Shown piece after piece: positions 53,908 through 63,259 of a DNA stretch of 64,000 nucleotides. This DNA comes from a virus. Its lineage: Duplodnaviria > Caudoviricetes. The position numbers and the translations under genes were made by a program. The stretch spans positions 1,617 through 65,616 of the IMG/VR virus record IMGVR_UViG_3300032083_001406; one strand, given 5' to 3'. The notes beneath the pieces are model-generated. The model did no database searches. It was not told the origin of the DNA and saw only the letters and a list, made by a program, of their open reading frames with translations. Within the stretch, counting starts at the first letter, position 1. Each line of letters starts with the position of its first letter.

Positions 53908-54272
53908 TCGTTTTTTCCTTCATCCTCCTGCATCATCATCATTGGATTTGGAAGGATTTCTTTAATCTGATTTCCTACATAATGGCTTAATCTAAGCATA
54001 TCAATTGTTGATAATGAGGGTTCTGTCTTTGAGATGAAATTCTCAACCATATAGCGGTACATCGCATTTAAGTCAAGGTCTACCGATTGTGTGCGTGAAT
54101 CAATCTTCATCACGCTATTCAAGGCTTTCTCGGCTTCAAGCCATGTGGGTTCTTTAACCCATACCTTGAGGTATTCTTCGCTTTCGGGTGCTACTTTAAT
54201 ATAATGTAGCGTAGGCTCTTGTAGTGCAAATAATACACTCTTATCTGTAATAACTTTTTTATCGTTTAACAT
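53904..54272 (-). CDS. tail assembly chaperone G
   Basis: between the tail tube and tape measure genes; ends with slippery A-AAA-AAC. Confidence 0.7.
   Translation of the reverse strand: MLNDKKVITDKSVLFALQEPTLHYIKVAPESEEYLKVWVKEPTWLEAEKALNSVMKIDSRTQSVDLDLNAMYRYMVENFISKTEPSLSTIDMLRLSHYVGNQIKEILPNPMMMMQEDEGKNE
53910..53916 (-). other. -1 programmed ribosomal frameshift site A AAA AAC
   Basis: GGA AAA AAC GAA TGA; a -1 slip reads CGA ATG ATT into ORF 53907. Confidence 0.7.
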
Positions 54273-54321
54273 TTCATCCACCTTCAAAACCAACAAACAA
54301 ACAAACGGTGTTGGTGGAATA

Positions 54322-54429
54322 TTATTCTAACTTAGACTTCTTTGGAGTTTCTTTAACCTCTTTAGGCTCAGTTTTTTTCGGCTTTTTAGCCAATTCTTCT
54401 TTAAGACGAAGTTTATCATACTTATCCAT
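54322..54429 (-). CDS. small Lys/Glu-rich peptide (35 aa)
   Basis: GGGGTGAT SD; MDKYDKLRLKEELAKKPKK... Confidence 0.45.
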   Translation of the reverse strand: MDKYDKLRLKEELAKKPKKTEPKEVKETPKKSKLE

Positions 54430-54433
54430 AGAA

Positions 54434-56080
54434 TCACCCCTGTAAAATCCAATGTGTTCTAACTTCACAAGTATTTAGATTTCTTGGCATTATAGTTCCT
54501 TCGATAGTAATTGCCCCTTTATCATCTGGAATTGTAATATTTGCAGAACTTAAGAAGTAATCTTGGAACTTTAGTAGGATTTGCTCATTAAGAGTTCCGT
54601 CTGGAGCATTCTTATCAAATTGTAAAGTAACAAGATTACTTGCCCCTTCTTCTGTTTGGTCGAGAAGTTCTTCAAATAATTGATTATCTGTAATCATAGC
54701 AGTAAATGAAATTTCATAAGTTCTTTGAGCAGGGATAGCCTCCTTAATTCCTTTATCCCCTGCACCAATAAATCTTTTATCTTGTAAGTTATTATTGATA
54801 GTTAATGTCATGTTTGTAATCTTAAGGAATTGTTGTCCGAAGATAGTGAATGAACCGCTTGAAAAGAAGAAAGGTTCAAGAGATTCTTCTCCTGTTGCCG
54901 TTAATGTATTTGAACCACTTCCAAAGTTAAACAAATCAGCATTATCATCTACACCTGCACGACCTTCATAAGCCTCACCTGTCTTTAATTTATGAACTGC
55001 TCTAGAGTTTAAATCTAAAGTCATCTTAACTTCTTCATTTTCATTTGCTGTCATTGTTAAAGTATTTACTCGATTACCTCTAGCAATACGAACAAAGTTA
55101 TGTGATTCTGTTGCTAATGTCATATCTCCCGTTCTATGTGGAGTAGTCGCTTCTAGTTTACTTATATTTTGTTCTAATCCAAACGAAGGTAATTCTTCAC
55201 CATTTGCTTCTCCAAATGTATATTTAATTGGGTTTGTTAGAACACCGCTTGCATTATATTCTGGTAATGTTAATAGTGCCATATGTGCAGCAGTATCTTG
55301 ATTTGCTACTGGTGGAATCATAAAAGTAGAATCCTTTGCAGTTCTATAAAAGATTGGCCCTGTTGATGTAAAACCTGTAATGTTATCACCAAATGCCTTT
55401 GCGGCTGCATTTTCTCCAATATCCAAATAATGAACATTGTTTGCATGAGCAGTATACGGTGGGGTTGCAGGGTCTAAAGAAGAACTTCCAGTAAAGGTTG
55501 CATTAATTTGTGTGCATTTACCTAAAGCATAATAAAGCCATGTTCCTTGATTAGCCATTAATGCTAAATTGCCACCACTAGCAGTTTCAATACCTTTGTA
55601 TTGATGAGTAAAGTTTCTTGAGCCACCAAGAGAAAGATTTAATTGTTTCATTTCAACTTCTAGATTAGGGAACGCTGATGTTTCTAAAAGACCTAACCAA
55701 TTATCTGCACTTAATCGTGCAATAGAACCTGTAAGAGTAGAAGGAGCAGGTGCGCCATATCCTCTAATAACAATAAAATCTGTTGCATCCTGAATTGTTC
55801 CAATAGTATGAGCAGGTGAAATAGTGAATGCAGTTTCGCTATTAGCAGTAATAACGTGAGTAGAAAGAGGTTCAGTTGGAGAAACATCATGGTCGTATAA
55901 ATCAATAACACAACCAACGTATAGATTTTGTACCATTCTTACGTTATCTGTCCAAAGAGCATCAGCAACTAAATTAGTCGCTGTTGAGCCTGAATTATTT
56001 AATATGATTTTTAAATCCAATTCTGGTATCATTGTTAAACTTGCGCCGCTTCCTAAAAATATATCTGTGTTTATTGCCAT
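54434..56080 (-). CDS. major tail tube protein with insertions
   Basis: WLYYALG, ELPSFGLE, GNRVNTLTM, LTINNNL, RTYEISFT; upstream of the chaperones. Confidence 0.75.
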   Translation of the reverse strand: MAINTDIFLGSGASLTMIPELDLKIILNNSGSTATNLVADALWTDNVRMVQNLYVGCVIDLYDHDVSPTEPLSTHVITANSETAFTISPAHTIGTIQDATDFIVIRGYGAPAPSTLTGSIARLSADNWLGLLETSAFPNLEVEMKQLNLSLGGSRNFTHQYKGIETASGGNLALMANQGTWLYYALGKCTQINATFTGSSSLDPATPPYTAHANNVHYLDIGENAAAKAFGDNITGFTSTGPIFYRTAKDSTFMIPPVANQDTAAHMALLTLPEYNASGVLTNPIKYTFGEANGEELPSFGLEQNISKLEATTPHRTGDMTLATESHNFVRIARGNRVNTLTMTANENEEVKMTLDLNSRAVHKLKTGEAYEGRAGVDDNADLFNFGSGSNTLTATGEESLEPFFFSSGSFTIFGQQFLKITNMTLTINNNLQDKRFIGAGDKGIKEAIPAQRTYEISFTAMITDNQLFEELLDQTEEGASNLVTLQFDKNAPDGTLNEQILLKFQDYFLSSANITIPDDKGAITIEGTIMPRNLNTCEVRTHWILQG

Positions 56081-56110
56081 GCTTAATCTCTCCTTTCCTT
56101 TACAAACTTA

Positions 56111-56620
56111 CTAAGGGAGTGTTAATGCGAATCTTTTTGCTTCAATGTTTAATTTATATCCGAATAATCGTTTTGCTCGGTCATTACTTTCGCTTCTAGA
56201 ACCTAAAAAGATTTGATTGAATTTACTTCCATCACTTGCGGTATATCCACGACGACCTCGCTCAATTGCATGACGGGCAATCAAGTATAAAGCCCTTAGC
56301 CTATCTCGGCCAAAATTTGAGTCCGTTCCTGCTCTTTCATCATGAATAGTCCTAATGTGCATAGTAAAACCATATGTTTCATGTCTAACATCAAAATGAA
56401 CAGTAGGGTATTCTATGCTTTGACTATCCTCAAAGAAGATAATTACATCCTTTGAAGATAAATCATATCTCATTCCTTTTCCTTTTTCTAATGTTCTAAC
56501 ATCAACAAAATTAGGAGTAGCAACATGGGAAGAACTAACTGTTCCAGCCGATTGTAGCGTTGAAGCAGATGATGACCAATTGCTAGAAACTAAATCAATT
56601 AAAAGGCTGACTTCATCAAT
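56111..56620 (-). CDS. tail terminator/completion protein (probable ATT start at 56620)
   Basis: frame open from GGAGGT-N6-ATT GAT GAA GTC; upstream of the tail tube gene. Confidence 0.6.
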   Translation of the reverse strand: MDEVSLLIDLVSSNWSSSASTLQSAGTVSSSHVATPNFVDVRTLEKGKGMRYDLSSKDVIIFFEDSQSIEYPTVHFDVRHETYGFTMHIRTIHDERAGTDSNFGRDRLRALYLIARHAIERGRRGYTASDGSKFNQIFLGSRSESNDRAKRLFGYKLNIEAKRFALTLP

Positions 56621-56817
56621 AACGATACCTCCTTTGTAAATTCTTTTGAAATATAATTTGCATATGCTTTTCCAGCATTATCCATTAATTCTTCTTCACT
56701 AAAACTAACATCATAGCCTAGTATCATAGATAATTCTTTCATTGCTAATTGTCTCTCTTGTTCTATTTTAAGAAACTCTTGGAATTTCTTAGTGCTAATA
56801 TTAATATTTTTAAGCAT
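56599..56817 (-). CDS. hypothetical protein
   Basis: ORF within the structural operon. Confidence 0.55.
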   Translation of the reverse strand: MLKNINISTKKFQEFLKIEQERQLAMKELSMILGYDVSFSEEELMDNAGKAYANYISKEFTKEVSLLMKSAF

Positions 56818-56821
56818 AATA

Positions 56822-58126
56822 TCAACCCAAGAAATAAACAATATCCGATTTACCAGATAAAATATCCAACGCTTCCTTTCTTAATATATCATATTTTTCT
56901 TTCAATGATATATTACCGCCAGTTTCAGCAATTAGAATAGTTTGGTCATCATGTCTTAGTATTTCAGCCGCCACTAATTTAGTAGCCGCTTCATGAATAG
57001 CCGCAGGTACTCTATTATCTCCTGCAATATATGAAACAATAATAGAATTTTGAGTATGATAAGGATAATCTTGTAAGAAGAATACTTTACCTTCTTCTCC
57101 AATAGTCCAGAAAGAACCTAATCTTTTAAGGTTCTGCTTATCTGTAAATCCACTTACAGTACAAAGGGTAGGGATAGAAGTATTTGTTGCAGTAAATAAA
57201 ACAGTATCGCTCATAGAACCAGTAGTAGTATGACTTAGAACAACAGTAGTTGAATCAGTAATAGAACTTATTGTTGCAGATGAATTGATATTTGTCCCTG
57301 CAACTGCCATTCCTACAATTAATTTACTAGAATCCTGAACTGTTAAGTTTGTTGTAGTTCCTGATGCTGAACAAGTTTGTTGAACTTTTACTTTAATTGT
57401 GCAATCAGAACCATCTTCTCCTGCTAATAAAGAAGAAATAAATATCTCTTTTGAGTTCTCAGTATTCTTATGAGCATAAAAGAAATCTGAAATGTTTCTA
57501 CTATTAACTATTAATTCTTTAGCCGCAGTAGCACCAGTAAATTGTGCAGTTGGTGAAGGGAATTGTTCATTTACTAAAGAAACAATTTCATTAGCAGTTG
57601 TCTTTTCTCCAAAAGAAGTATTAAATTCTGTGTTTTGTAAAGAACCTGCATCTTCTGAAAGCATTTCAAAAGAAGTTCCGCTATTTGGTAATTCTAATAC
57701 TATTGAATAAATATCTCTATAATTTTCAAGTAGTTCTATCTTCGCTTGAGCAGATGCTAATTCAATATAACTACTTCCTTGCCAAACCTGAAGAGAAACA
57801 ATCTTTCTTACCTTCATCATTGAAAGTTGAATATAGCCTACATATCCTCCATAATATGCTCTTGCTGGATGCCTAATGAATTCAAAGTTATGATATTCAT
57901 TTTGAGTAATTATTGGTCGGAAGGAACGCTTTACTTTGTCGTCTATCATCCCTTCTACACGCTTAATGATAGAACCGACCTGTGATTGAGAGGGGTTAGT
58001 AGAGTCTGAAAATGCTGAAACTTGAAGTAAATCAGAAACTGCGCCTTTATCAGTATAAAAACCAGTACCGCTTGAGTAGTCTACATTGATTGTTGTATAA
58101 TCACTTGGCGAGCGAACTGTTCCCAT
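56822..58126 (-). CDS. head-tail adaptor (gp15/gp6-like) with inserted beta domain
   Basis: YT....V..LL N-terminus; VSYIAG...VPAAIHEAATKLVA. Confidence 0.7.
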   Translation of the reverse strand: MGTVRSPSDYTTINVDYSSGTGFYTDKGAVSDLLQVSAFSDSTNPSQSQVGSIIKRVEGMIDDKVKRSFRPIITQNEYHNFEFIRHPARAYYGGYVGYIQLSMMKVRKIVSLQVWQGSSYIELASAQAKIELLENYRDIYSIVLELPNSGTSFEMLSEDAGSLQNTEFNTSFGEKTTANEIVSLVNEQFPSPTAQFTGATAAKELIVNSRNISDFFYAHKNTENSKEIFISSLLAGEDGSDCTIKVKVQQTCSASGTTTNLTVQDSSKLIVGMAVAGTNINSSATISSITDSTTVVLSHTTTGSMSDTVLFTATNTSIPTLCTVSGFTDKQNLKRLGSFWTIGEEGKVFFLQDYPYHTQNSIIVSYIAGDNRVPAAIHEAATKLVAAEILRHDDQTILIAETGGNISLKEKYDILRKEALDILSGKSDIVYFLG

Positions 58127-58130
58127 AATA

Positions 58131-59909
58131 TCACCTCAATGCTCTTTTAATAACTCTTACGTTCTTTCTGAATTTATTAATCATAGTATTGAATTTACCT
58201 AATAAATTTACAGGTACTCTTGGATTATCTTCATCAGAAGAAACCTTTTTACTTCTTGACCTTCCAGTTCTTAAAAGTGCTTTCATGCCTTGATTGAACT
58301 TTCTATAATTCATAACTTCCCATTTACTTCTATCAACATCGAATGTTATTTTGTTTATTTGTGTTAAGTCATTAATTGGATTTTGTAATTTAATATCCAA
58401 CCAATGAAGTAGTTCTGTAAGGGTTTTATCATCAACAGTATTTCCTTCTTTTGTTGCGTCATCAAATAAAGTACCTAGAGTTCCTTTTTTACCATCGGCT
58501 CTGATATATTCTGTATCTCTTATTACTTTTTGTTCAGTATATTCTTCAAGCATATCTTGATAAAAGGAATCTATTATTTCAGTACTTTCGTCTTTATTCA
58601 TTAATTTTAATTGACTAAGCGGCCTTACTCTATCTATTTCTGAAGTTATTTTTAGATACTCTTCCTGTAATTTATCTTTTTTACTTTCATCTTTATTATT
58701 AATTACTTCTTCTCGTTTTTCTTTTTGCTTAGCCTGAAGTTTTGTCTTATTAAAGCCTAATTTTCTCATCATAGTACCAACAACAACTGATTGAGATGCT
58801 TTTATAAATTCGTTAATTTTATCTCTATTTTCCCTAGCCCAACTATCATAAGTTTGTTCTGGATATTTATTATTAATTTCTTTTATTTCTTCATCACTTG
58901 CTTTTTGAGTTTCCTTTTCTTTTTTCTTTTTCTTCTTCTCTTCTATTTTTTTATGTAGAGGTTGTAAGAATACTTCTACCATGTTCGTCTTAAATGCCCC
59001 ACCATTGAAATAGGCAAGAGCCTCTTGAATACTTTCAAACTCATCGTAATCAAGCATTCTTTTAATCTGCTCAACATTCTGTGTATCAAGGTCATCTTCT
59101 TCTTTTAATCCGAAGGTTTCTTTTTTAGTTTTCTTTTTAGAAATAGAACCATAGGCAGTTTTAACTCCCGTTCCTTTAGCAGTAGCAGAACCAGTAGTAT
59201 CTCTTATTCCTACTAACTCTTTAAGTTTCTTTTCTTTAACATCTAATAATGCCTCATCAAAAACAATAGATGTAAGTTCACTTCCATCAAAGTATGCTTT
59301 AGTAGCACTTTTAAAATATTCAAATATTTCGTTATCACTACCTAATCCTTTTGAAAGTTCTGATAATATTTCTTTTTCTTTAGGAGTAGCACCCATTGGT
59401 TGTTCTTCGGAAACGACTATTTTTCTATCTTTACCTTCACCTTCTTGAGTAATATCTCTTTGCATTTCTCTTTGAATAGGTTGTATTTCAGTAATAAAAG
59501 CATCATCAAGTAACTTATTTAATGGCTCATCTTGAATTAATTTAACAAATATACTTGGCATACCGCCTTTAGCAGTAGTATCTTCACCAATGTTTCTAGG
59601 TTTAATTTGCTTCTTACTAACACTTGCATCAGTCATTAACTCGTTGAAGGTTTCTTTTAAGAGTTTTAAGTATCTTTCTTTAGTTTCTGCATCTGCGAGT
59701 TCTTGATTTAATGATACTGGGGGCTTTACCAAATTAGAAATTTTAAGATATTCTCCATTTAAATCTGGAGAACCACTAGTAGGTTTCTTATTCTCAATAT
59801 TATAGAATAAGAAATTATAATAGTTTCTTAATAAAAAATTCCTATTAACTTTAAGGGTATTTTTATCCTTAGTCTTAATAGTAAATTCAGTTTGCCCTTC
59901 ATTACTCAC
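58131..59909 (-). CDS. large charged hypothetical protein
   Basis: K/E-rich and helical; probable GTG start at 59909. Confidence 0.65.
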   Translation of the reverse strand: MSNEGQTEFTIKTKDKNTLKVNRNFLLRNYYNFLFYNIENKKPTSGSPDLNGEYLKISNLVKPPVSLNQELADAETKERYLKLLKETFNELMTDASVSKKQIKPRNIGEDTTAKGGMPSIFVKLIQDEPLNKLLDDAFITEIQPIQREMQRDITQEGEGKDRKIVVSEEQPMGATPKEKEILSELSKGLGSDNEIFEYFKSATKAYFDGSELTSIVFDEALLDVKEKKLKELVGIRDTTGSATAKGTGVKTAYGSISKKKTKKETFGLKEEDDLDTQNVEQIKRMLDYDEFESIQEALAYFNGGAFKTNMVEVFLQPLHKKIEEKKKKKKEKETQKASDEEIKEINNKYPEQTYDSWARENRDKINEFIKASQSVVVGTMMRKLGFNKTKLQAKQKEKREEVINNKDESKKDKLQEEYLKITSEIDRVRPLSQLKLMNKDESTEIIDSFYQDMLEEYTEQKVIRDTEYIRADGKKGTLGTLFDDATKEGNTVDDKTLTELLHWLDIKLQNPINDLTQINKITFDVDRSKWEVMNYRKFNQGMKALLRTGRSRSKKVSSDEDNPRVPVNLLGKFNTMINKFRKNVRVIKRALR

Positions 59910-60559
59910 ATTAACCACTTAGCCCAAGCCGCACCTTTTTGAATTGCTGAACCTAATCCTAATCCGCTTTGTGGCGGTTCATAACTTGTTTGGCCTGTTT
60001 GTGGGTCAATCCAATATGGTCGGCCATAACCATCAGTTCCCGAAGGAGGAACAGGATAACCCGAACCATTACTTACTGCGCCTTGCATTTGTTGATATTG
60101 TTGAGTTTGTCCTGTTAATCCAGCAATAGCCATACCTGCTGTTGGGGCGGCCATACCTCCTGAGAAGCCTTGAGATTCTAGGTACTGCTGTTTTGCCATC
60201 TTTCTTTGATTAACTATTTCTGTGTTAATTGCCGAATCTAATAAGTTCTTTAAATCTAAGTCAATATTTTCTTGAGTAATCCTTTCAAACTCTCTCATAC
60301 TTTCTGAATCGACTTTCATTCTGTTAGTAGTAGAATCTTGAACAAATGCTAATTTACCTAACATTTGACTCATTACTCTTTCCAATACATCTTCCATTAG
60401 TTTTTCTAATGATTTAAAGAATTGTTCTCCATGATATTGAAAGAACTCTTCAACGTGATTTTCTTGCAAAGATAACAGATTATTTACTGTTTTGAAATTT
60501 GCTTCGCCTTGTTGTTGAACTGCTCCTAAAACCGTTCCATTACTTGTTCCCCATACCAT
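59906..60559 (-). CDS. coiled-coil, Q/G-rich protein with WW-like motif and amphipathic C-terminus
   Basis: GRPYWIDPQTGQTSYEPP; LGSAIQKGAAWAKWLM. Confidence 0.6.
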   Translation of the reverse strand: MVWGTSNGTVLGAVQQQGEANFKTVNNLLSLQENHVEEFFQYHGEQFFKSLEKLMEDVLERVMSQMLGKLAFVQDSTTNRMKVDSESMREFERITQENIDLDLKNLLDSAINTEIVNQRKMAKQQYLESQGFSGGMAAPTAGMAIAGLTGQTQQYQQMQGAVSNGSGYPVPPSGTDGYGRPYWIDPQTGQTSYEPPQSGLGLGSAIQKGAAWAKWLM

Positions 60560-60561
60560 GT

Positions 60562-61233
60562 CTATTCCTCCTTTTGATTAACTAAAAAGTCTAACTTCAA
60601 AGTAATTGCTTTTAGTTCCGTTGTTAGCCGCAATACTTCGGCCTCCTTCGACTCATCTTCTGATAGCGTGGGTGGCTTTATAATATATCCTACTGACGAC
60701 AGGGCGATAATATCTTCCATAGATAAAGCATAAATTGGCCCACTTTTCATTAATTGAGGCATTTTAGGCTTAGGAATAAATCTTTTGAAATCTAATCCGT
60801 GTTCATCTGCTAATATTTCTTGTTGTAGCATTTCTAATTGTTTATGATAAGCGGCGTGTTTAGGACAATAAGTTCCTCTTAATGGCCTTCCACGTTCTAC
60901 TCTATCTAAAGGAATAGGTGGTCGCAAATAATCTCCTGCTTCCCAAATGTGATGCATTCCACATACTACGCATCTTTCTTTAAGATTAAATTTATATCCA
61001 TACTTAATAAATAATAGTTTCTTCTTCTCTGGAACTAATACCTTATGTAGTTCTTTTAGTTTCTTTTTAGGTTTGAAATTATCAAACTTATATTCTTCTA
61101 TTACTCCACTTGCTCTTGCCTGTTGTAATTTAGGCAAAAATCTATTTGGTGCGTTCTGACCAATCGTATTACCGACTGGTGTTCCATTTGTTCCTACTTG
61201 CTGTATAATGTTGTTCTGATACATAATAATCAA
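60562..61233 (-). CDS. Zn-binding protein with C-terminal coiled coil
   Basis: CVVCGMHH...YCPKH; RPPIP. Confidence 0.6.
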   Translation of the reverse strand: MIIMYQNNIIQQVGTNGTPVGNTIGQNAPNRFLPKLQQARASGVIEEYKFDNFKPKKKLKELHKVLVPEKKKLLFIKYGYKFNLKERCVVCGMHHIWEAGDYLRPPIPLDRVERGRPLRGTYCPKHAAYHKQLEMLQQEILADEHGLDFKRFIPKPKMPQLMKSGPIYALSMEDIIALSSVGYIIKPPTLSEDESKEAEVLRLTTELKAITLKLDFLVNQKEE

Positions 61234-61892
61234 TAGTCCTTTATCATTGTAAACACACCTTGATAAACTGCTTCGGGTTCTGATTTAGCCGATACAATAT
61301 ATTTGTGTGTTGGAATTCCTACATCATTTAACTTTTGCATTCCATATTTAAATGGTTCAAAGATAGGATGCTTTTCAATAGGTAAATCACTTTTATGTTT
61401 TTCTCCCCATATATCATACTTATTAGCCCAAATAGAAACTGCTAATGGATAGTCTGCTTCTTTCTTCTTTTTACCAGTAGGCCATCTTTCACTAACAATT
61501 GTATCTACTAAAAACTTCCATGCTACTTGATGGTCTAAATTACCACCTTTATCTAAATGTCTATGGTCGATTAAAAAAATAATATATTTTACTTTTCTAG
61601 TTTGCATATCTTTAGCCCATTCTTTCCAGTATATTGCTTCTCCACCAATATCAGAAGTTTTTAAAGTATTCATCTCACCATCTAATTTAATTGACTTTCT
61701 AGTGGCTCTATGACGACCAACAGTTCTTTTCTGTATTGTTGGCACTTCTCCCCTAGTTCTTAATTGATGGTGTAAAGTAGTTTTACCTACCATTGTTGCA
61801 CCATAGACACCAAAGTTAATAGCATGAATTTTCTTATAAAAACCAATTACTGCTTCTGTAACAACAACTGCAAATCCTGCTAGTAATGACAT
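61230..61892 (-). CDS. Arf/Sar-like small GTPase
   Basis: G1 GATMVGKTT, G2 RTVG, G3 DIGGE..W, IIFLID, G4 WANKYD, G5 VSAK; hydrophobic N-terminal helix. Confidence 0.88.
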   Translation of the reverse strand: MSLLAGFAVVVTEAVIGFYKKIHAINFGVYGATMVGKTTLHHQLRTRGEVPTIQKRTVGRHRATRKSIKLDGEMNTLKTSDIGGEAIYWKEWAKDMQTRKVKYIIFLIDHRHLDKGGNLDHQVAWKFLVDTIVSERWPTGKKKKEADYPLAVSIWANKYDIWGEKHKSDLPIEKHPIFEPFKYGMQKLNDVGIPTHKYIVSAKSEPEAVYQGVFTMIKDY

Positions 61893-61901
61893 ATAATAAC
61901 C

Positions 61902-62117
61902 TCAATGCCATAATGATTTCAAATAACTAATTAAAGAACCCATAATATTGATGTCAAAGACACCCATAATATTCCCAATCAGAAATGCCGACAATGTTGC
62001 ACAACTGCCCCAAAATATCAGTCTCATCTTAACAAAAAACATATCCGCAGAATGCGCTCTTTGCTGATTATAAGCATAATCAGAATCGCTAAAGCCTAAC
62101 CAATCTGATACTACCAT
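61902..62117 (-). CDS. small membrane protein
   Basis: LIFWGSCATLSAFLIGNIMGVF transmembrane segment plus amphipathic tail. Confidence 0.7.
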   Translation of the reverse strand: MVVSDWLGFSDSDYAYNQQRAHSADMFFVKMRLIFWGSCATLSAFLIGNIMGVFDINIMGSLISYLKSLWH

Positions 62118-62125
62118 TTACTCAC

Positions 62126-62524
62126 CTATTGCAATTGGGTCAAGAAATCAGAAGAAACTACGTTTTCTGTTTCATATGACTGTGCAATAGGCGGCATTCC
62201 AGTATAAGGTGAAAGGTTGTATGATTTAGCAGTATCTTGAAGTTTCTTTCGTTGTTCTTCATCTCTTGCCATTCTAGCCCAATAAGCAGTAATTTTACGG
62301 TCTAATAGCCAAAGTTCAATCTTATCATTTAATGATAAGTCAAATAATGCTTTCATGCACATAATAGTTCCTACTGTCATAAGACCGAATAGAACTCCAT
62401 GAGCAATTGGTGGATAAGGGAATGCTGAACCGTATTCTGCATAGAAGAATACATTAGCACCGCTTACTGTTCCAACAAAAAGAATAGTCATAACTAATCG
62501 AGTATCTTGATTTAATGCTGGCAT
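62126..62524 (-). CDS. two-transmembrane protein with charged cytoplasmic tail
   Basis: LVMTILFVGTVSGANVFFY and IAHGVLFGLMTVGTIMCM segments. Confidence 0.7.
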   Translation of the reverse strand: MPALNQDTRLVMTILFVGTVSGANVFFYAEYGSAFPYPPIAHGVLFGLMTVGTIMCMKALFDLSLNDKIELWLLDRKITAYWARMARDEEQRKKLQDTAKSYNLSPYTGMPPIAQSYETENVVSSDFLTQLQ

Positions 62525-62533
62525 TATATCACC

Positions 62534-62836
62534 TCAAGCGAATTCAACAGAAATTTCTGCTGTTGAAGAACCTGCTTCTGTAATCTCCAAAAAGATTCCA
62601 CCACGACATAATACGCCATGCATATCGTATTCAAGATTATAATGCCCGTTTACGGCATTAGTAATTCTAGCCACTTCTGTACCGCTATTATCTTGTCCAT
62701 CAAAAACTTTAACGGTTACTGCATCTCCACCAGAAATAATCAAATTAGCATGAATGCTAATTAATAACGATTGTCCTGTATTTACGATTGCGCTTGCGCC
62801 TAAAACTCCGCTTGAACGACATACTTGATTTGCCAT
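62534..62836 (-). CDS. small beta-rich virion protein
   Basis: jelly-roll-like strand pattern; GGTGAT SD; TTAAGTA promoter upstream (~62872-62878). Confidence 0.55.
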   Translation of the reverse strand: MANQVCRSSGVLGASAIVNTGQSLLISIHANLIISGGDAVTVKVFDGQDNSGTEVARITNAVNGHYNLEYDMHGVLCRGGIFLEITEAGSSTAEISVEFA

Positions 62837-62887
62837 GTTATCACCTTCACTTTGAGCAGAGTGCCAACCCTACTTAATACTTGGGAT

Positions 62888-63250
62888 TCAATCTTCACTT
62901 AAAGCAGATTTCTTCGTTGTTTTTGAAGGTTTCTTAGCCTTTGGCTTAGGTTTAGCCTTTGGTGATTCCTTCTTTGGTAGAAGTAAATCACACAAATCTT
63001 CTGCTGAACCTAATTCTTGGCCTAGTTCTTCAAAACCAATCTTTAATAATTTCTCATTAAGTAGTAGAATGCCTTCTCTATCAGATTCTTCAAATGTAAA
63101 CATTAAGTTTTTATCTGATAAACCAATGATAGCACGACGAAGAGGGATAGAAGCGGAATCATTCTGAGTAATCTCAGTCATCCGTTCTAATCCTTCAATC
63201 ACACACCTACTGCCTAAGCGACTGTTTTCAGTCAATTTGACAGAAACCAT
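62888..63250 (-). CDS. hypothetical protein with Lys/Pro-rich tail
   Basis: GAGGTGAT SD; downstream of the capsid gene. Confidence 0.65.
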   Translation of the reverse strand: MVSVKLTENSRLGSRCVIEGLERMTEITQNDSASIPLRRAIIGLSDKNLMFTFEESDREGILLLNEKLLKIGFEELGQELGSAEDLCDLLLPKKESPKAKPKPKAKKPSKTTKKSALSED

Positions 63251-63259
63251 TTAATCACC

